A stretch of DNA of 24,000 nt from Tenacibaculum phage Gundel_1. Position 1 is the first letter of the stretch. Each line of letters starts with the position of its first letter. The notes under the pieces are model-generated. The model did no database searches, was not told where the DNA came from, and saw only the letters and a list, made by a program, of their open reading frames with translations. Both the position numbers and the translations under genes were made by a program. Of the stretch, positions 15,875 through 24,000 are shown one piece after another. Where the stretch lies: sequence record NC_062747.1; one strand, written 5' to 3'.

Positions 15875-16304
15875 TTCAATAACCCTTCCAGTTCAAATAA
15901 AAAACGGTAAGTTCAATTCTAATTTAAACACGATTATAGATATTATAAAAGCTTACGAAGGGCATACAATAGATATAACTTTTAAAAAGCGTAGCAACAA
16001 ACGAAGCAACAAACAGAATAAATATTACTGGTCAGTAATTATCCCCATATTTAATAATTGCATAAAAGTTGAATGGGATGAAATTTGGAGTCTTGAAGAA
16101 ACACATAATTTTCTTAAAAGCAATTGTAATTACGAAGAATTAGTAAATGAAGATACTGGAGAGATAATTAGAAGAACAAAAAGCACAACCGAAAACTCCA
16201 CAACAGATCAGGAGCTATATCACAAGCAATGTAGGCGATTAGCTGATGAATTTTTCAACACAGAAATTCCATTACCAAATAAAAAATTAACCCTTAAATT
16301 CTAA
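15861..16304 (+). CDS. NinB-like recombination protein (tentative)
   Basis: 147 aa; KKRSNKRSNKQNKYYWSVIIPIF and C-terminal LADEFFNTEIPLPN resemble phage NinB-type proteins. Confidence 0.45.
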   Translation: MKIASSITLPVQIKNGKFNSNLNTIIDIIKAYEGHTIDITFKKRSNKRSNKQNKYYWSVIIPIFNNCIKVEWDEIWSLEETHNFLKSNCNYEELVNEDTGEIIRRTKSTTENSTTDQELYHKQCRRLADEFFNTEIPLPNKKLTLKF

Positions 16305-16308
16305 AATT

Positions 16309-16734
16309 ATGAGCAATTTATTAAAAAACACAGACACTAAATTAATACTTAAAACAGTAGAACAATACACAGGTATTTCTTACAAACAAGCAAATGTTAA
16401 TTCAAGAAAAAGACCTATAGTTCAAACAAGGCAACTAATTTGCTATCTTCATTGCTTATACACTAAGCACTCATTATACGTAATAGGCTCTTTATTTAAT
16501 TACGACCACGCAACCGTATTGCATGCAAAAAAAACAATAGCAAACCTCATATTTTCTGAACCTAAACTTAGAGAAACTACCGATTTAATTAAGACAGAAA
16601 TAGTTAAAAAAATAGAGATAGTAAATTCACCCAGAGAGACTAAAGAAAGTGTATTTAAAACACTTTTAAAAGAGGTAAAAACGGACGATTTTAAAACAGA
16701 AGACTGGATCGAAAGATTTACAGACGCTATTTAG
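16309..16734 (+). CDS. DnaA domain IV-like DNA-binding protein
   Basis: ARQ-like VQTRQLICYL and GSLFNYDHATVLHAKKTI match the DnaA C-terminal signature (DH(T/A)TV.HA). Confidence 0.75.
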   Translation: MSNLLKNTDTKLILKTVEQYTGISYKQANVNSRKRPIVQTRQLICYLHCLYTKHSLYVIGSLFNYDHATVLHAKKTIANLIFSEPKLRETTDLIKTEIVKKIEIVNSPRETKESVFKTLLKEVKTDDFKTEDWIERFTDAI

Positions 16735-16776
16735 AAAAAAGTTATTAACACGTTCTTTTTTAACACAATAAAGCAT

Positions 16777-16784
16777 TATATTTG
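16777..16784 (+). promoter_or_regulatory. candidate Bacteroidetes -7 promoter element TAnnTTTG
   Basis: TATATTTG in a 169-nt intergenic region, about 120 nt upstream of the replication gene; -33 box weak. Confidence 0.4.
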
Positions 16785-16800
16785 CAATGTTAGTATATTA

Positions 16801-16865
16801 GTAGGATTCTATACGTAGCAAAAAACATAAAGAAACAATCTTCTTAGATGACAGGCGAATCCTAC
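16801..16865 (+). promoter_or_regulatory. leader RNA with long-range 9-bp stem
   Basis: GTAGGATTC (16801-16809) / GAATCCTAC (16857-16865), followed by CCTT-GATTTT-AAGG-AGATTTTTTTTT attenuator-like segment. Confidence 0.45.
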
Positions 16866-16903
16866 AACAGCCTTGATTTTAAGGAGATTTTTTTTTAACT
16901 AAC

Positions 16904-17671
16904 ATGAACTATATAGAGATTATCAATAACTTTTGGGCATACACAGAAGATAAAGACATATCCTCAAGTGATACATCTGTTTATTTCGCCTTATTAAAAT
17001 ACAACAATTCACTTAACTGGATAAAAGAATTTAGATGTGATTATGCAGTGATTTGTCAATACTCAAGAGTGTCTAAAAACACCTTCTACAAATCAATAGA
17101 TAACCTTTCTGATTTAAAATTAATTCAATACGAAAAAGGAGTTAGAAACCATCTTAAACCTAAAGTTTCTATTCTTAAAATTAAGAACAGAAAGGGAATA
17201 ATAAAGGAACAGAAAGGGAACACAGAAGGAACACAAGAGGAACAGAAAGGGAACTTATATAAACTACTAAACATAGAAACTATTAAACTATTAAACAATA
17301 AAAACTATTCAAAAAAAATTAATGATAATTTAAAAATTTGGTTAGGACTTGAAGAAGGAGTTTTTAATTTTAGAAAAGAACTTTTAAGTTTAGGCGCTAA
17401 AGAAGATTTAGCAAATGACTGGTTAAAAGTTAGAAAAAATAAAAAAGCTTCAAATACAAAAACAGCTTTTAAACTATTTCACAACCAAGTAATAAAATCA
17501 AAAAAAGAAATAAACGAAATTTTGACTATTTGCATAGCTAAAGATTGGAAATCGTTTAATGCTAGTTGGAAAATAGAAACACAAAATTCAAACACCAACG
17601 ATAGAAACTATAATTTCAATAATCAGCCAGGAGGAATACCAAGCGTTCCCTTTGAAACAAACAGAGATTAA
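16904..17671 (+). CDS. replication protein with N-terminal winged-helix (DnaD/phage O-like)
   Basis: FWAYTEDKDISSSDTSVYFALLKYNNSLNWIKEF...SRVSKNTFYKSIDNLSDLKLIQYEKG; located directly before a DnaC-like gene. Confidence 0.6.
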   Translation: MNYIEIINNFWAYTEDKDISSSDTSVYFALLKYNNSLNWIKEFRCDYAVICQYSRVSKNTFYKSIDNLSDLKLIQYEKGVRNHLKPKVSILKIKNRKGIIKEQKGNTEGTQEEQKGNLYKLLNIETIKLLNNKNYSKKINDNLKIWLGLEEGVFNFRKELLSLGAKEDLANDWLKVRKNKKASNTKTAFKLFHNQVIKSKKEINEILTICIAKDWKSFNASWKIETQNSNTNDRNYNFNNQPGGIPSVPFETNRD

Positions 17672-17672
17672 A

Positions 17673-18569
17673 ATGGAAAAACCTGATATAAACAAAATCA
17701 TAGAGGAAAACTTCAAAGTAATCGGTAGACATAAGTACAACAAACTTAAAAGCTATAATTTCGATGAAATGACAACCGAAGAAATGGTAAAATTCAGAGA
17801 AAGAAATAAAATTTCTGTAGCTGAAGCTCTAAAACAAATTGAAAAATACGAATCTAAAAACCAAGCAAATCAGAATCAAAGCGAGAAGTCAAAAGAATAC
17901 TTCAAGAAAGTTCGAGAAAATGTAGTTCCAGAAAAAAAAAAAATGACTAAAGAATGGTTATGGGATAAGTTTAACCGAGAGTATTTTAAACAAAATAAAG
18001 TTAAATACTCAACAGAAGATGTTTACTTAGAAAACCTTAAACCGTTAATTTATTATTTCATTGGTGATTTTGAAAACTTCAAGAAATGCAAGCATCTTTC
18101 AAAAATATCAGAAGCAAGTTTCAATAAAGGGATTTTGATGATTGGAGGTTACGGTAACGGTAAAACATCTACAATGAAAGCTTTTGAAGCTGTTTTAAAG
18201 AACACAAATGTAATATTTAAAGGTTACTCCGCAAATGAGTTAGTTACGCTATATGAGGGTTGTCAAAATCCATTAGACAAACAAGAGTTTCAGAGAATTT
18301 CTGTAAAAGGAACAAGATATTTTGATGATGTTTTAACTGAAAGAATGGCATCAAACTATGGTAAATCCAATCTTATAAAAGATATTTTAGAAGAAAGGTA
18401 TAATAAAAATTTAAGAACCTACGCTTCAATAAATCATAAAGAAGGGTTTGGTCAGGATATAAAAAAATCTATTGAGCAGATAGGAGAAAAATATGGACCA
18501 AGAGTTTATGATCGTATTTTCGATATGTTTAATGTGATTGAGTTTAAAGGAAGTAGTTTTAGAAAATAA
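17673..18569 (+). CDS. DnaC-like helicase loader ATPase
   Basis: Walker A MIGGYGNGKTSTMKAFE, Walker B GTRYFDDVLTE, sensor-1 RTYASINH, RVYDRIFDMFNVIEFKGSSFR C-terminus. The track start at 17652 is a TTG inside the previous gene; ATG at 17673 is preferred. Confidence 0.82.
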   Translation: MEKPDINKIIEENFKVIGRHKYNKLKSYNFDEMTTEEMVKFRERNKISVAEALKQIEKYESKNQANQNQSEKSKEYFKKVRENVVPEKKKMTKEWLWDKFNREYFKQNKVKYSTEDVYLENLKPLIYYFIGDFENFKKCKHLSKISEASFNKGILMIGGYGNGKTSTMKAFEAVLKNTNVIFKGYSANELVTLYEGCQNPLDKQEFQRISVKGTRYFDDVLTERMASNYGKSNLIKDILEERYNKNLRTYASINHKEGFGQDIKKSIEQIGEKYGPRVYDRIFDMFNVIEFKGSSFRK

Positions 18570-18590
18570 ACGTAAAACAATAAAATAATC

Positions 18591-18773
18591 ATGAGATTTC
18601 ATGGGCAATATTGCGTTGTATGCGAACAGCAAACTATGTTCATTGAGAAGCTAAAAGACCCTAAAGACGGGTTTTGTGAAGAGATAGTAGATGTTTGTTT
18701 AGAATGTAATAATAAGTTCTCGGCAAAACCTGAGAAGAAAAAAATTAAAATAACCTTTAAAACAATAAAATAA
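18591..18773 (+). CDS. small zinc-ribbon-like protein
   Basis: 60 aa with CVVC and CLEC pairs. Confidence 0.6.
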   Translation: MRFHGQYCVVCEQQTMFIEKLKDPKDGFCEEIVDVCLECNNKFSAKPEKKKIKITFKTIK

Positions 18774-19162
18774 TGAAAACAGAATTATCAAATCAAAAAT
18801 TAGTATTCGTGCCAGTAAAATTAAGTGAAAGAAAACCTGACTTAAACCAAAGAATATTTTTTTATAACTCAAGAACTAAAGGAGGTCTTATATCAGAGTA
18901 TATTCCAAATGAACTCATAGAAACATCAAAAGGCAAACTAAAAGAATTAAAAAATGTTAAGGTCGCTGTAGATATGATTATTAATAATCACACACATTGG
19001 CTAGAACCAACAGTAGTTACAACTAAAAAATTTGTGCTTAGAAATGATAAAAATTATGATTTTTTATTAAAAAAAGAACACTTACTTGAGCTTATAAACG
19101 AAGCAAGACACCCTAGAAGTATTAATAAAACACCAGAGGAATTATACAATAAGTATTTTTAA
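18773..19162 (+). CDS. hypothetical protein
   Basis: 129 aa ORF. Confidence 0.65.
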   Translation: MKTELSNQKLVFVPVKLSERKPDLNQRIFFYNSRTKGGLISEYIPNELIETSKGKLKELKNVKVAVDMIINNHTHWLEPTVVTTKKFVLRNDKNYDFLLKKEHLLELINEARHPRSINKTPEELYNKYF

Positions 19163-19173
19163 AAAATAAAGTA

Positions 19174-19395
19174 ATGGCATTAAGTAACGTAGAAGAAATT
19201 AGAAAAGGAATAGCTTTACAAACTTACAATAAAGCATTACATAGATTTATTCCTGGAGAAGAAGTAACGATTTCTTTAATTCAGAAAAAATGTAGATGTG
19301 GTTATTATTCAGCTTCAGAAGCTTATAGATTGCTTATTTCAAACAATGAAATAAAAGAAACAGAAGGTAAAACAGGAGTTGGAATAGTAATTTAA
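19174..19395 (+). CDS. stand-alone FtsK-gamma-like winged-helix protein (tentative)
   Basis: VTISLIQKKCRCGYYSASEAYRLLISNNEIKETEGKTG resembles FtsK gamma S.LQR...GY.RA......E..G.V....G. Confidence 0.5.
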   Translation: MALSNVEEIRKGIALQTYNKALHRFIPGEEVTISLIQKKCRCGYYSASEAYRLLISNNEIKETEGKTGVGIVI

Positions 19396-19409
19396 ACAAC
19401 AAAGAAATT

Positions 19410-19700
19410 ATGGAAATTAAATTTGAAAGAATACAAGAAAATTTACAAGAAAACCTAGAGGATTATAAATTAAAAACAAACGAACAGTTAATTAATTATA
19501 TAATTGAGTTCGGGTGTGGTGAAACAGGATTTCACACAGGAGACATTGAAAGATTAATCAAAGAAAATCAATGGCTAAAAAAGAAACAAGAAGAAATAAA
19601 ATGTAGTTCATGCGGAAAAGGAACTCCAGAACTATGCGGTAGTTGTGTTAGTGATATAGCACAAGAAACAGGTGAACAAGCAATTAACTCAATAATATAA
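19410..19700 (+). CDS. hypothetical protein with two Cys pairs
   Basis: 96 aa; CSSCGKGTPELCGSC. Confidence 0.6.
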   Translation: MEIKFERIQENLQENLEDYKLKTNEQLINYIIEFGCGETGFHTGDIERLIKENQWLKKKQEEIKCSSCGKGTPELCGSCVSDIAQETGEQAINSII

Positions 19701-19702
19701 GC

Positions 19703-19912
19703 ATGACACCAAAAGACAACGCTAGAGTAATAACAGATAAGTTCTACAAAATTCAAATTACAGCAGGTAAAACTCCTGATTGGGATATAGCCAAAAAACA
19801 AGCAGAATTTTTATGTAGTGAAGTTATAGCAGTTATTCCAATGTACACAAGGAAATTAAATCCTAAATGGAAATTATGGAATGACACTAAAGAACAATTA
19901 TTAAAATTATAA
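19703..19912 (+). CDS. hypothetical protein
   Basis: 69 aa ORF. Confidence 0.6.
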   Translation: MTPKDNARVITDKFYKIQITAGKTPDWDIAKKQAEFLCSEVIAVIPMYTRKLNPKWKLWNDTKEQLLKL

Positions 19913-19916
19913 AATA

Positions 19917-20111
19917 ATGAAAGACTCACAAGGTAATAATTGGATTAAAGCAGATAAACCCCAAAGAGAATATCCAATAGGAACAATGTTTAAAGCAATA
20001 ACCGGAGGATATTGGATAAGAGTAGGACATGGTTTCAGATGGTGTACAGGAAGCACGTTCCCAACCGTTGGAGGTGATTGGGATGGAACAGTATGTTTAC
20101 CAGTAAATTAA
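19917..20111 (+). CDS. hypothetical protein
   Basis: 64 aa ORF, Gly/Trp-rich. Confidence 0.6.
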   Translation: MKDSQGNNWIKADKPQREYPIGTMFKAITGGYWIRVGHGFRWCTGSTFPTVGGDWDGTVCLPVN

Positions 20112-20132
20112 TAATTAAAACAACGATAAATT

Positions 20133-20498
20133 ATGGATCAGATTAAAGAACTTTTAGACATTTTAAAAGAAACTCCAGAAATGGCATTATGGGGTATAAG
20201 TATATATTTTATTTTTATACTTATAAAACTATCAAGTTGGATATTAGCTATTAAATTAGTTGCAAGTCAGTTTATAAAAAGATTTTTCGACCATAAAGAA
20301 ACACTTACTGCTTTAGAGGTTAAAAAACTAAATAATAAAAGAGGTATAAGTATAGCTGAAAACTTCAAGGAAAATGCAATATCAAATGTAAATTACAATC
20401 TGTTTTTAGAATTAATTAATGAGTTAAAATCAACCAATTACATACATGAATCAGATATTAGAAAAGCAATAAACATACTTAAAAACAGTAAGAAATAA
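20133..20498 (+). CDS. membrane protein, hypothetical
   Basis: 121 aa; WGISIYFIFILIKLSSWILAIKLVA segment. Confidence 0.65.
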   Translation: MDQIKELLDILKETPEMALWGISIYFIFILIKLSSWILAIKLVASQFIKRFFDHKETLTALEVKKLNNKRGISIAENFKENAISNVNYNLFLELINELKSTNYIHESDIRKAINILKNSKK

Positions 20499-20878
20499 TG
20501 AAAAGAGAAATATTATATAAAGGTGAAACAGTAGGTAGTAAAAAATTGGTAGAAGGATACATAATGCCTTGTTACGAGAACAATCAATTTAAAATAAGTT
20601 ACTGGGAAGATATTCTAGTTGATGGAGAAACAAACACTTATGAGCCAGTTATATTTAGTTATGAAGTAATTCCAGAAACAGTAAGCCAATTCATAAGACT
20701 AGATTCAGATAAAAAAAGAGTATTCGAAGGTGATATTTTAGACGAAGAATATACTGCTAAATGGAGCAATGAAAAATGTGGTTTTTACCTAGAAAGTAAG
20801 TTTGGAAGCGATCACAATAAACCTATGAGCTTCATAGATGAAAACAACTTAAAAGTAACAGGAAATATACACGATTAA
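20498..20878 (+). CDS. YopX-like protein
   Basis: REILYKGE...LVEGYIM...VIPETVSQFIRLDSDKKRVFEGDIL...LKVTGNIHD. Confidence 0.85.
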   Translation: MKREILYKGETVGSKKLVEGYIMPCYENNQFKISYWEDILVDGETNTYEPVIFSYEVIPETVSQFIRLDSDKKRVFEGDILDEEYTAKWSNEKCGFYLESKFGSDHNKPMSFIDENNLKVTGNIHD

Positions 20879-20880
20879 TC

Positions 20881-21189
20881 ATGAAACTATATAGATACAA
20901 ATCAGAAGTATGGTCTTTATTTACAGACGAAGGAGAATGGTTAGAAAACCCTGAACCTAGAACTATTTTAGAAGAACATACTGTAGTAAGGGAAACACCA
21001 AAAACATATTTAATAAGGTTAAACGGTAAAGAAAAAAGAATATCAAAAACCGCTAAAAACACTTTTGCTTACAAAACAAAAGAAAAAGCTTTAAACAATT
21101 ATAAAAAAAGATGTATTAGTAATTTCGCACATTGCAAAAGAGCTTTTGAAATAGCAAAGATATTTTACGAAAACAGCAAGACCATGTAA
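20881..21189 (+). CDS. hypothetical protein
   Basis: 102 aa ORF. Confidence 0.65.
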   Translation: MKLYRYKSEVWSLFTDEGEWLENPEPRTILEEHTVVRETPKTYLIRLNGKEKRISKTAKNTFAYKTKEKALNNYKKRCISNFAHCKRAFEIAKIFYENSKTM

Positions 21190-21192
21190 ACA

Positions 21193-21357
21193 ATGACTAA
21201 ACTATCACTTAAAGAACTACATGAAATAGAAGTAATACATAGCGTAGTATCATTTTGCACTTGTGTAGACGACACTAATGTCGTTAACAGAAATAAAACC
21301 TGTAGTAAATATGGGTTGGAAATTATAAAGCCTGACACCTTAAAAAAAAAACAATAA
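21193..21357 (+). CDS. hypothetical protein (54 aa)
   Basis: Not in ORF track; MTKLSLKELHEIEVIHSVVSFCTCVDDTNVVNRNKTCSKYGLEIIKPDTLKKKQ. Confidence 0.5.
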   Translation: MTKLSLKELHEIEVIHSVVSFCTCVDDTNVVNRNKTCSKYGLEIIKPDTLKKKQ

Positions 21358-21372
21358 TTTAATTAATAAAAA

Positions 21373-21570
21373 ATGTACAGCAATCATAACGTATTAACAA
21401 TACCAAAAAGCAACAAGGACAAATACAAAGTAGGAGATAGATATTTAGCACCTCAAAATGCAAACTGGAGAATAAAAAGATTCAATGGTTTATTTATAGA
21501 AAACATTGATTTCACTTCCGGAATGAGATTACATTTTAATTATGAAGAATGGTTTACTAACAAAAAATAG
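21373..21570 (+). CDS. hypothetical protein
   Basis: 65 aa ORF. Confidence 0.6.
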   Translation: MYSNHNVLTIPKSNKDKYKVGDRYLAPQNANWRIKRFNGLFIENIDFTSGMRLHFNYEEWFTNKK

Positions 21571-21575
21571 AAATA

Positions 21576-21878
21576 ATGAAAACTAATTTTGGAAAAACAT
21601 TAAAGAAAATAAGAAAAATAAAAGGACTAAGACAAGAAGATGTAGAAGCTGCTGCAGGAATGGATCACAGAGTATATAGTGAAACAGAAAATGATAAAAA
21701 TAACGCTACACTTGCAACACTAGAAAAAGTATCTAATGGTTTTAACATACCTTTGGCAGTAATATTCTGGTTAGGAATGGATGAAGATAGTATTCCAAAA
21801 GACCATAAAAAACACGAATTTCTAATGGTTAAACAAAAAATAGATGCCATGTTTAATAATTTATACGATTTAAACTAA
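21576..21878 (+). CDS. XRE-family HTH regulator
   Basis: GKTLKKIRKIKGLRQEDVEAAAGMDHRVYSETENDKNNATLATLEKVSNGFNIPLAVIFWLG. Confidence 0.87.
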   Translation: MKTNFGKTLKKIRKIKGLRQEDVEAAAGMDHRVYSETENDKNNATLATLEKVSNGFNIPLAVIFWLGMDEDSIPKDHKKHEFLMVKQKIDAMFNNLYDLN

Positions 21879-21889
21879 AAATAAACAAA

Positions 21890-22342
21890 ATGAGGGGATT
21901 AAAAATATTATTAGTAATAATGTGCATTAGTTGGGGGGCAAATGCACAACAAACAACATACGATTTTTCAGTATCAAGTTCAACGAATTTTAGCAAAGGA
22001 GCCGAATTAAGAGGTAACTTTAAAACATGGTACATAGCTTTTCAATTAGAACACTTCTTAAAAGATAAAGACTTTCTTTTAAACTGGGGTGCAGCTATTG
22101 GAATAATGAAAAACTACAATGATTTTACCTTTACAGGAGGTGTAAGATTTGGATTTATTATTAAAAACGGCTACACGAAGCCATCTAAAGGATTAGAAAC
22201 AGAAATAGATTACAACGTAACAGACACTATGTTCTTTGGGGTTCGTGGAGCGTACGATGTTTACCATGATAGCCCTGATATAAATACACCAACATCAAAA
22301 GATATGATTAGAGCTTTTGTGAAAGTTGGTTTTAAATTTTAA
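21890..22342 (+). CDS. outer-membrane beta-barrel-like protein with signal peptide
   Basis: Signal peptide MRGLKILLVIMCISWGANAQ; alternating strand-like segments (TFTGGVRFGFII, ETEIDYNVTDTMFFGVRGAY) and terminal aromatic ...AFVKVGFKF. Confidence 0.65.
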   Translation: MRGLKILLVIMCISWGANAQQTTYDFSVSSSTNFSKGAELRGNFKTWYIAFQLEHFLKDKDFLLNWGAAIGIMKNYNDFTFTGGVRFGFIIKNGYTKPSKGLETEIDYNVTDTMFFGVRGAYDVYHDSPDINTPTSKDMIRAFVKVGFKF

Positions 22343-22354
22343 AAAACAACAAAA

Positions 22355-22771
22355 ATGAGACACTTAATAATTAGATTATTTTTTCTTAGTTACTTAACTA
22401 GGTTTCTAGGAATAACATTTAGATTCACAAGGTTAGCACCAGTTATAGTCCCTTTAATTTGCTTAGGTGGGTATTTATCCATTAAAGACAAACAGAGCGC
22501 AATTCTATACTCTATAACAGCATTAATTGTAATAATATTTTACGTACCAAATTACTACTTAAAGAAAACTAAAATAAGACTGCAGGAATTAAACAACGAT
22601 CAAAAATGGTTTTTCATAAGAAGAACATTTATTAAAAAAATAGACTACAAACAAGTAGAATCTATTAATTACAAAATGAAAATAAACAACAATAAATATT
22701 TTTACAATGTTGTTCCATTTTTATTCATATCAATACCACCAACTATAATTATTTTATTACTTATATTTTAA
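22355..22771 (+). CDS. multi-pass membrane protein, hypothetical
   Basis: 138 aa with several hydrophobic helices. Confidence 0.65.
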   Translation: MRHLIIRLFFLSYLTRFLGITFRFTRLAPVIVPLICLGGYLSIKDKQSAILYSITALIVIIFYVPNYYLKKTKIRLQELNNDQKWFFIRRTFIKKIDYKQVESINYKMKINNNKYFYNVVPFLFISIPPTIIILLLIF

Positions 22772-22773
22772 CC

Positions 22774-22808
22774 AAACCCTATCTTTTTAAAAAGGATAGG
22801 GTTTTTTT
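22774..22808. terminator. Rho-independent, bidirectional-type terminator
   Basis: AAACCCTATC (22774-22783) / GATAGGGTTT (22795-22804) followed by T run to 22808, and A-rich on the other side; sits between convergent genes. Confidence 0.85.
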
Positions 22809-23278
22809 GTGCTTTCAAGATACCTATCGATTACACTTGTAGCACGACTATCATCATCCATTATTGCCTTTCTATTTACTCCAACATACTTATCGCTATC
22901 AGTAAAAGACTTTAAAAGATTTATAACCAAAAGAACACCCGAAGCAGAAAGACTTATTAGCTTCTTTCCGTTCATAGAATAATCATCTTCCAGAAACCCT
23001 TTCTTATACAGTTTACTCAAACTAAAACCACCACTTTCCAATTCTATTATCGTAGAAAACATTCCTAATTCATAAAGATAAAGCAACATCAAAACGTCAC
23101 TATGAGATATATTATTCTTTTTAGAAGATAAATCTACATGTAGTATTAAATAGCATAAATCAATTTTTGAAGAGTCTATTTTTATATCGTCATAACGATA
23201 CTTTTTAGAATAATCTATATTCTTATCTTCTACTTCACCAATCACAACAATCCTTCTTTCAGTACTTTTTTCAGCCAT
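22787..23278 (-). CDS. hypothetical protein
   Basis: 163 aa, only credible leftward gene in window; its 3' end overlaps the terminator. Confidence 0.75.
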   Translation of the reverse strand: MAEKSTERRIVVIGEVEDKNIDYSKKYRYDDIKIDSSKIDLCYLILHVDLSSKKNNISHSDVLMLLYLYELGMFSTIIELESGGFSLSKLYKKGFLEDDYSMNGKKLISLSASGVLLVINLLKSFTDSDKYVGVNRKAIMDDDSRATSVIDRYLESTKKPYPF

Positions 23279-23390
23279 AAACTTCTATTTCGAGAATAAA
23301 ATTATAAATAAATCCTAACATTACCAATACTTTTATAAGTTTTTCTAATATATACTATAATTGCATATAGAAATAATAAAAAGAAATTAA

Positions 23391-24000
23391 ATGTCAACAG
23401 CAGCAGATCAAAATGGAGGTGTAACTACACAGTTTTTCGGTACTGGCAATACCGAAGAAACTCAGCCAAAAGAAATAGTTACAACTTCTGATTCAGGAAC
23501 AGAAACTACTTTTTTTTCAGACGAAGCTAAAGAAGATGAACCGGGTAAGGAAACTAGCTCAGAAGAAACATCTACAGAAGCTAAAAAGGAAGAAGAACAA
23601 GCAGATTCAAAAACTGACGAAACAAAAACTGATGCAACAGAAAAAAAACCAACATTTAAAGTAAACCGTACAGGAACCAAAACCGAAACAGAAACTAAAA
23701 CCGAAGAAGCAAAAACAGAAACTAATAAGGAAACTTATTCTGTAACAGATGATTCAGTTATTAACTTTCTAAAAACAAAAGGTCTTGATATTTCATCTTT
23801 AGACGAGGTTACTAAAAAAACAAAACTACCTGATGCAGTAGAAGAATTTAAAAAATTCAACGAAAAAACAGGCGGTGGTATTGAAGCTTACTACAATGCT
23901 AACAAAGATTGGGCTGCTCAACCAAAAGACAGTACACTAAAAGAGTACATTAAATATCAGAATCCAGGAGCAAGTGATGAAGATATTAATACTCAATTAG
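23391..24000 (+). CDS. phage protein, low-complexity N-terminal half; possibly scaffold/head-associated (partial, runs off window)
   Basis: MSTAADQNGGVTTQFFGTGNTEET... Glu/Thr/Lys-rich then VINFLKTKGLDISSLDEV...EEFKKFNEKTGGGIEAYYNANKDWAAQPKDSTLKEYIKYQNPGASDEDINTQL. Confidence 0.6.
   Translation, partial: MSTAADQNGGVTTQFFGTGNTEETQPKEIVTTSDSGTETTFFSDEAKEDEPGKETSSEETSTEAKKEEEQADSKTDETKTDATEKKPTFKVNRTGTKTETETKTEEAKTETNKETYSVTDDSVINFLKTKGLDISSLDEVTKKTKLPDAVEEFKKFNEKTGGGIEAYYNANKDWAAQPKDSTLKEYIKYQNPGASDEDINTQL

Noticed and set aside
17652-17672. Extended N-terminus of the DnaC-like ORF in the track
   Set aside because: Starts at a TTG inside the upstream gene; an ATG at 17673 gives the conventional arrangement.
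23462-23680. Minus-strand ORF rich in Ser/Val
   Set aside because: Antisense to the Glu/Thr/Lys-rich part of the 23391 gene.
1-24000. CRISPR array, retron, diversity-generating retroelement or transposase
   Set aside because: No regularly spaced repeats, no reverse-transcriptase motif and no transposase/integrase motif seen in any listed ORF or gap.

Overview
AT-rich window, almost entirely + strand, with short tightly packed genes. It reads as the early/replication region of a tailed phage or prophage of Bacteroidetes (Flavobacteriia-like) type. Recognisable products in order: RadC/JAB-like protein, ParB-like domain protein, ClpX-like AAA+ ATPase, possible ssDNA-annealing-type protein, NdpA/YejK-like nucleoid-associated protein, DUF3268-like zinc finger protein, C5-cytosine methyltransferase, Gp157-like protein, SbcC/Rad50-like ATPase, NinB-like protein, DnaA domain-IV-like protein, replication wHTH protein, DnaC-like helicase loader, FtsK-gamma-like wHTH, YopX-like protein, XRE regulator and a signal-peptide beta-barrel-like protein. 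A single leftward gene and a bidirectional terminator precede what looks like the start of a virion/scaffold-like gene that runs off the window. Most unusual signals: (1) a family of compact multi-stem elements in the 5' leaders of early genes, two of which (about 1284-1335 and 3276-3331) are clearly related in sequence with compensatory stem changes; (2) a recurrent AACAACCTTAAAT leader motif before start codons; (3) a ClpX-like ATPase whose GYVG pore loop is replaced by GTSG; (4) an SbcC-like ATPase with a degenerate Walker B; (5) a poly-A-interrupted gene near 4222-4496; (6) a phage-borne outer-membrane-like protein. No CRISPR array, rRNA or transposase was seen. All family assignments are by reading motifs, with no database search.
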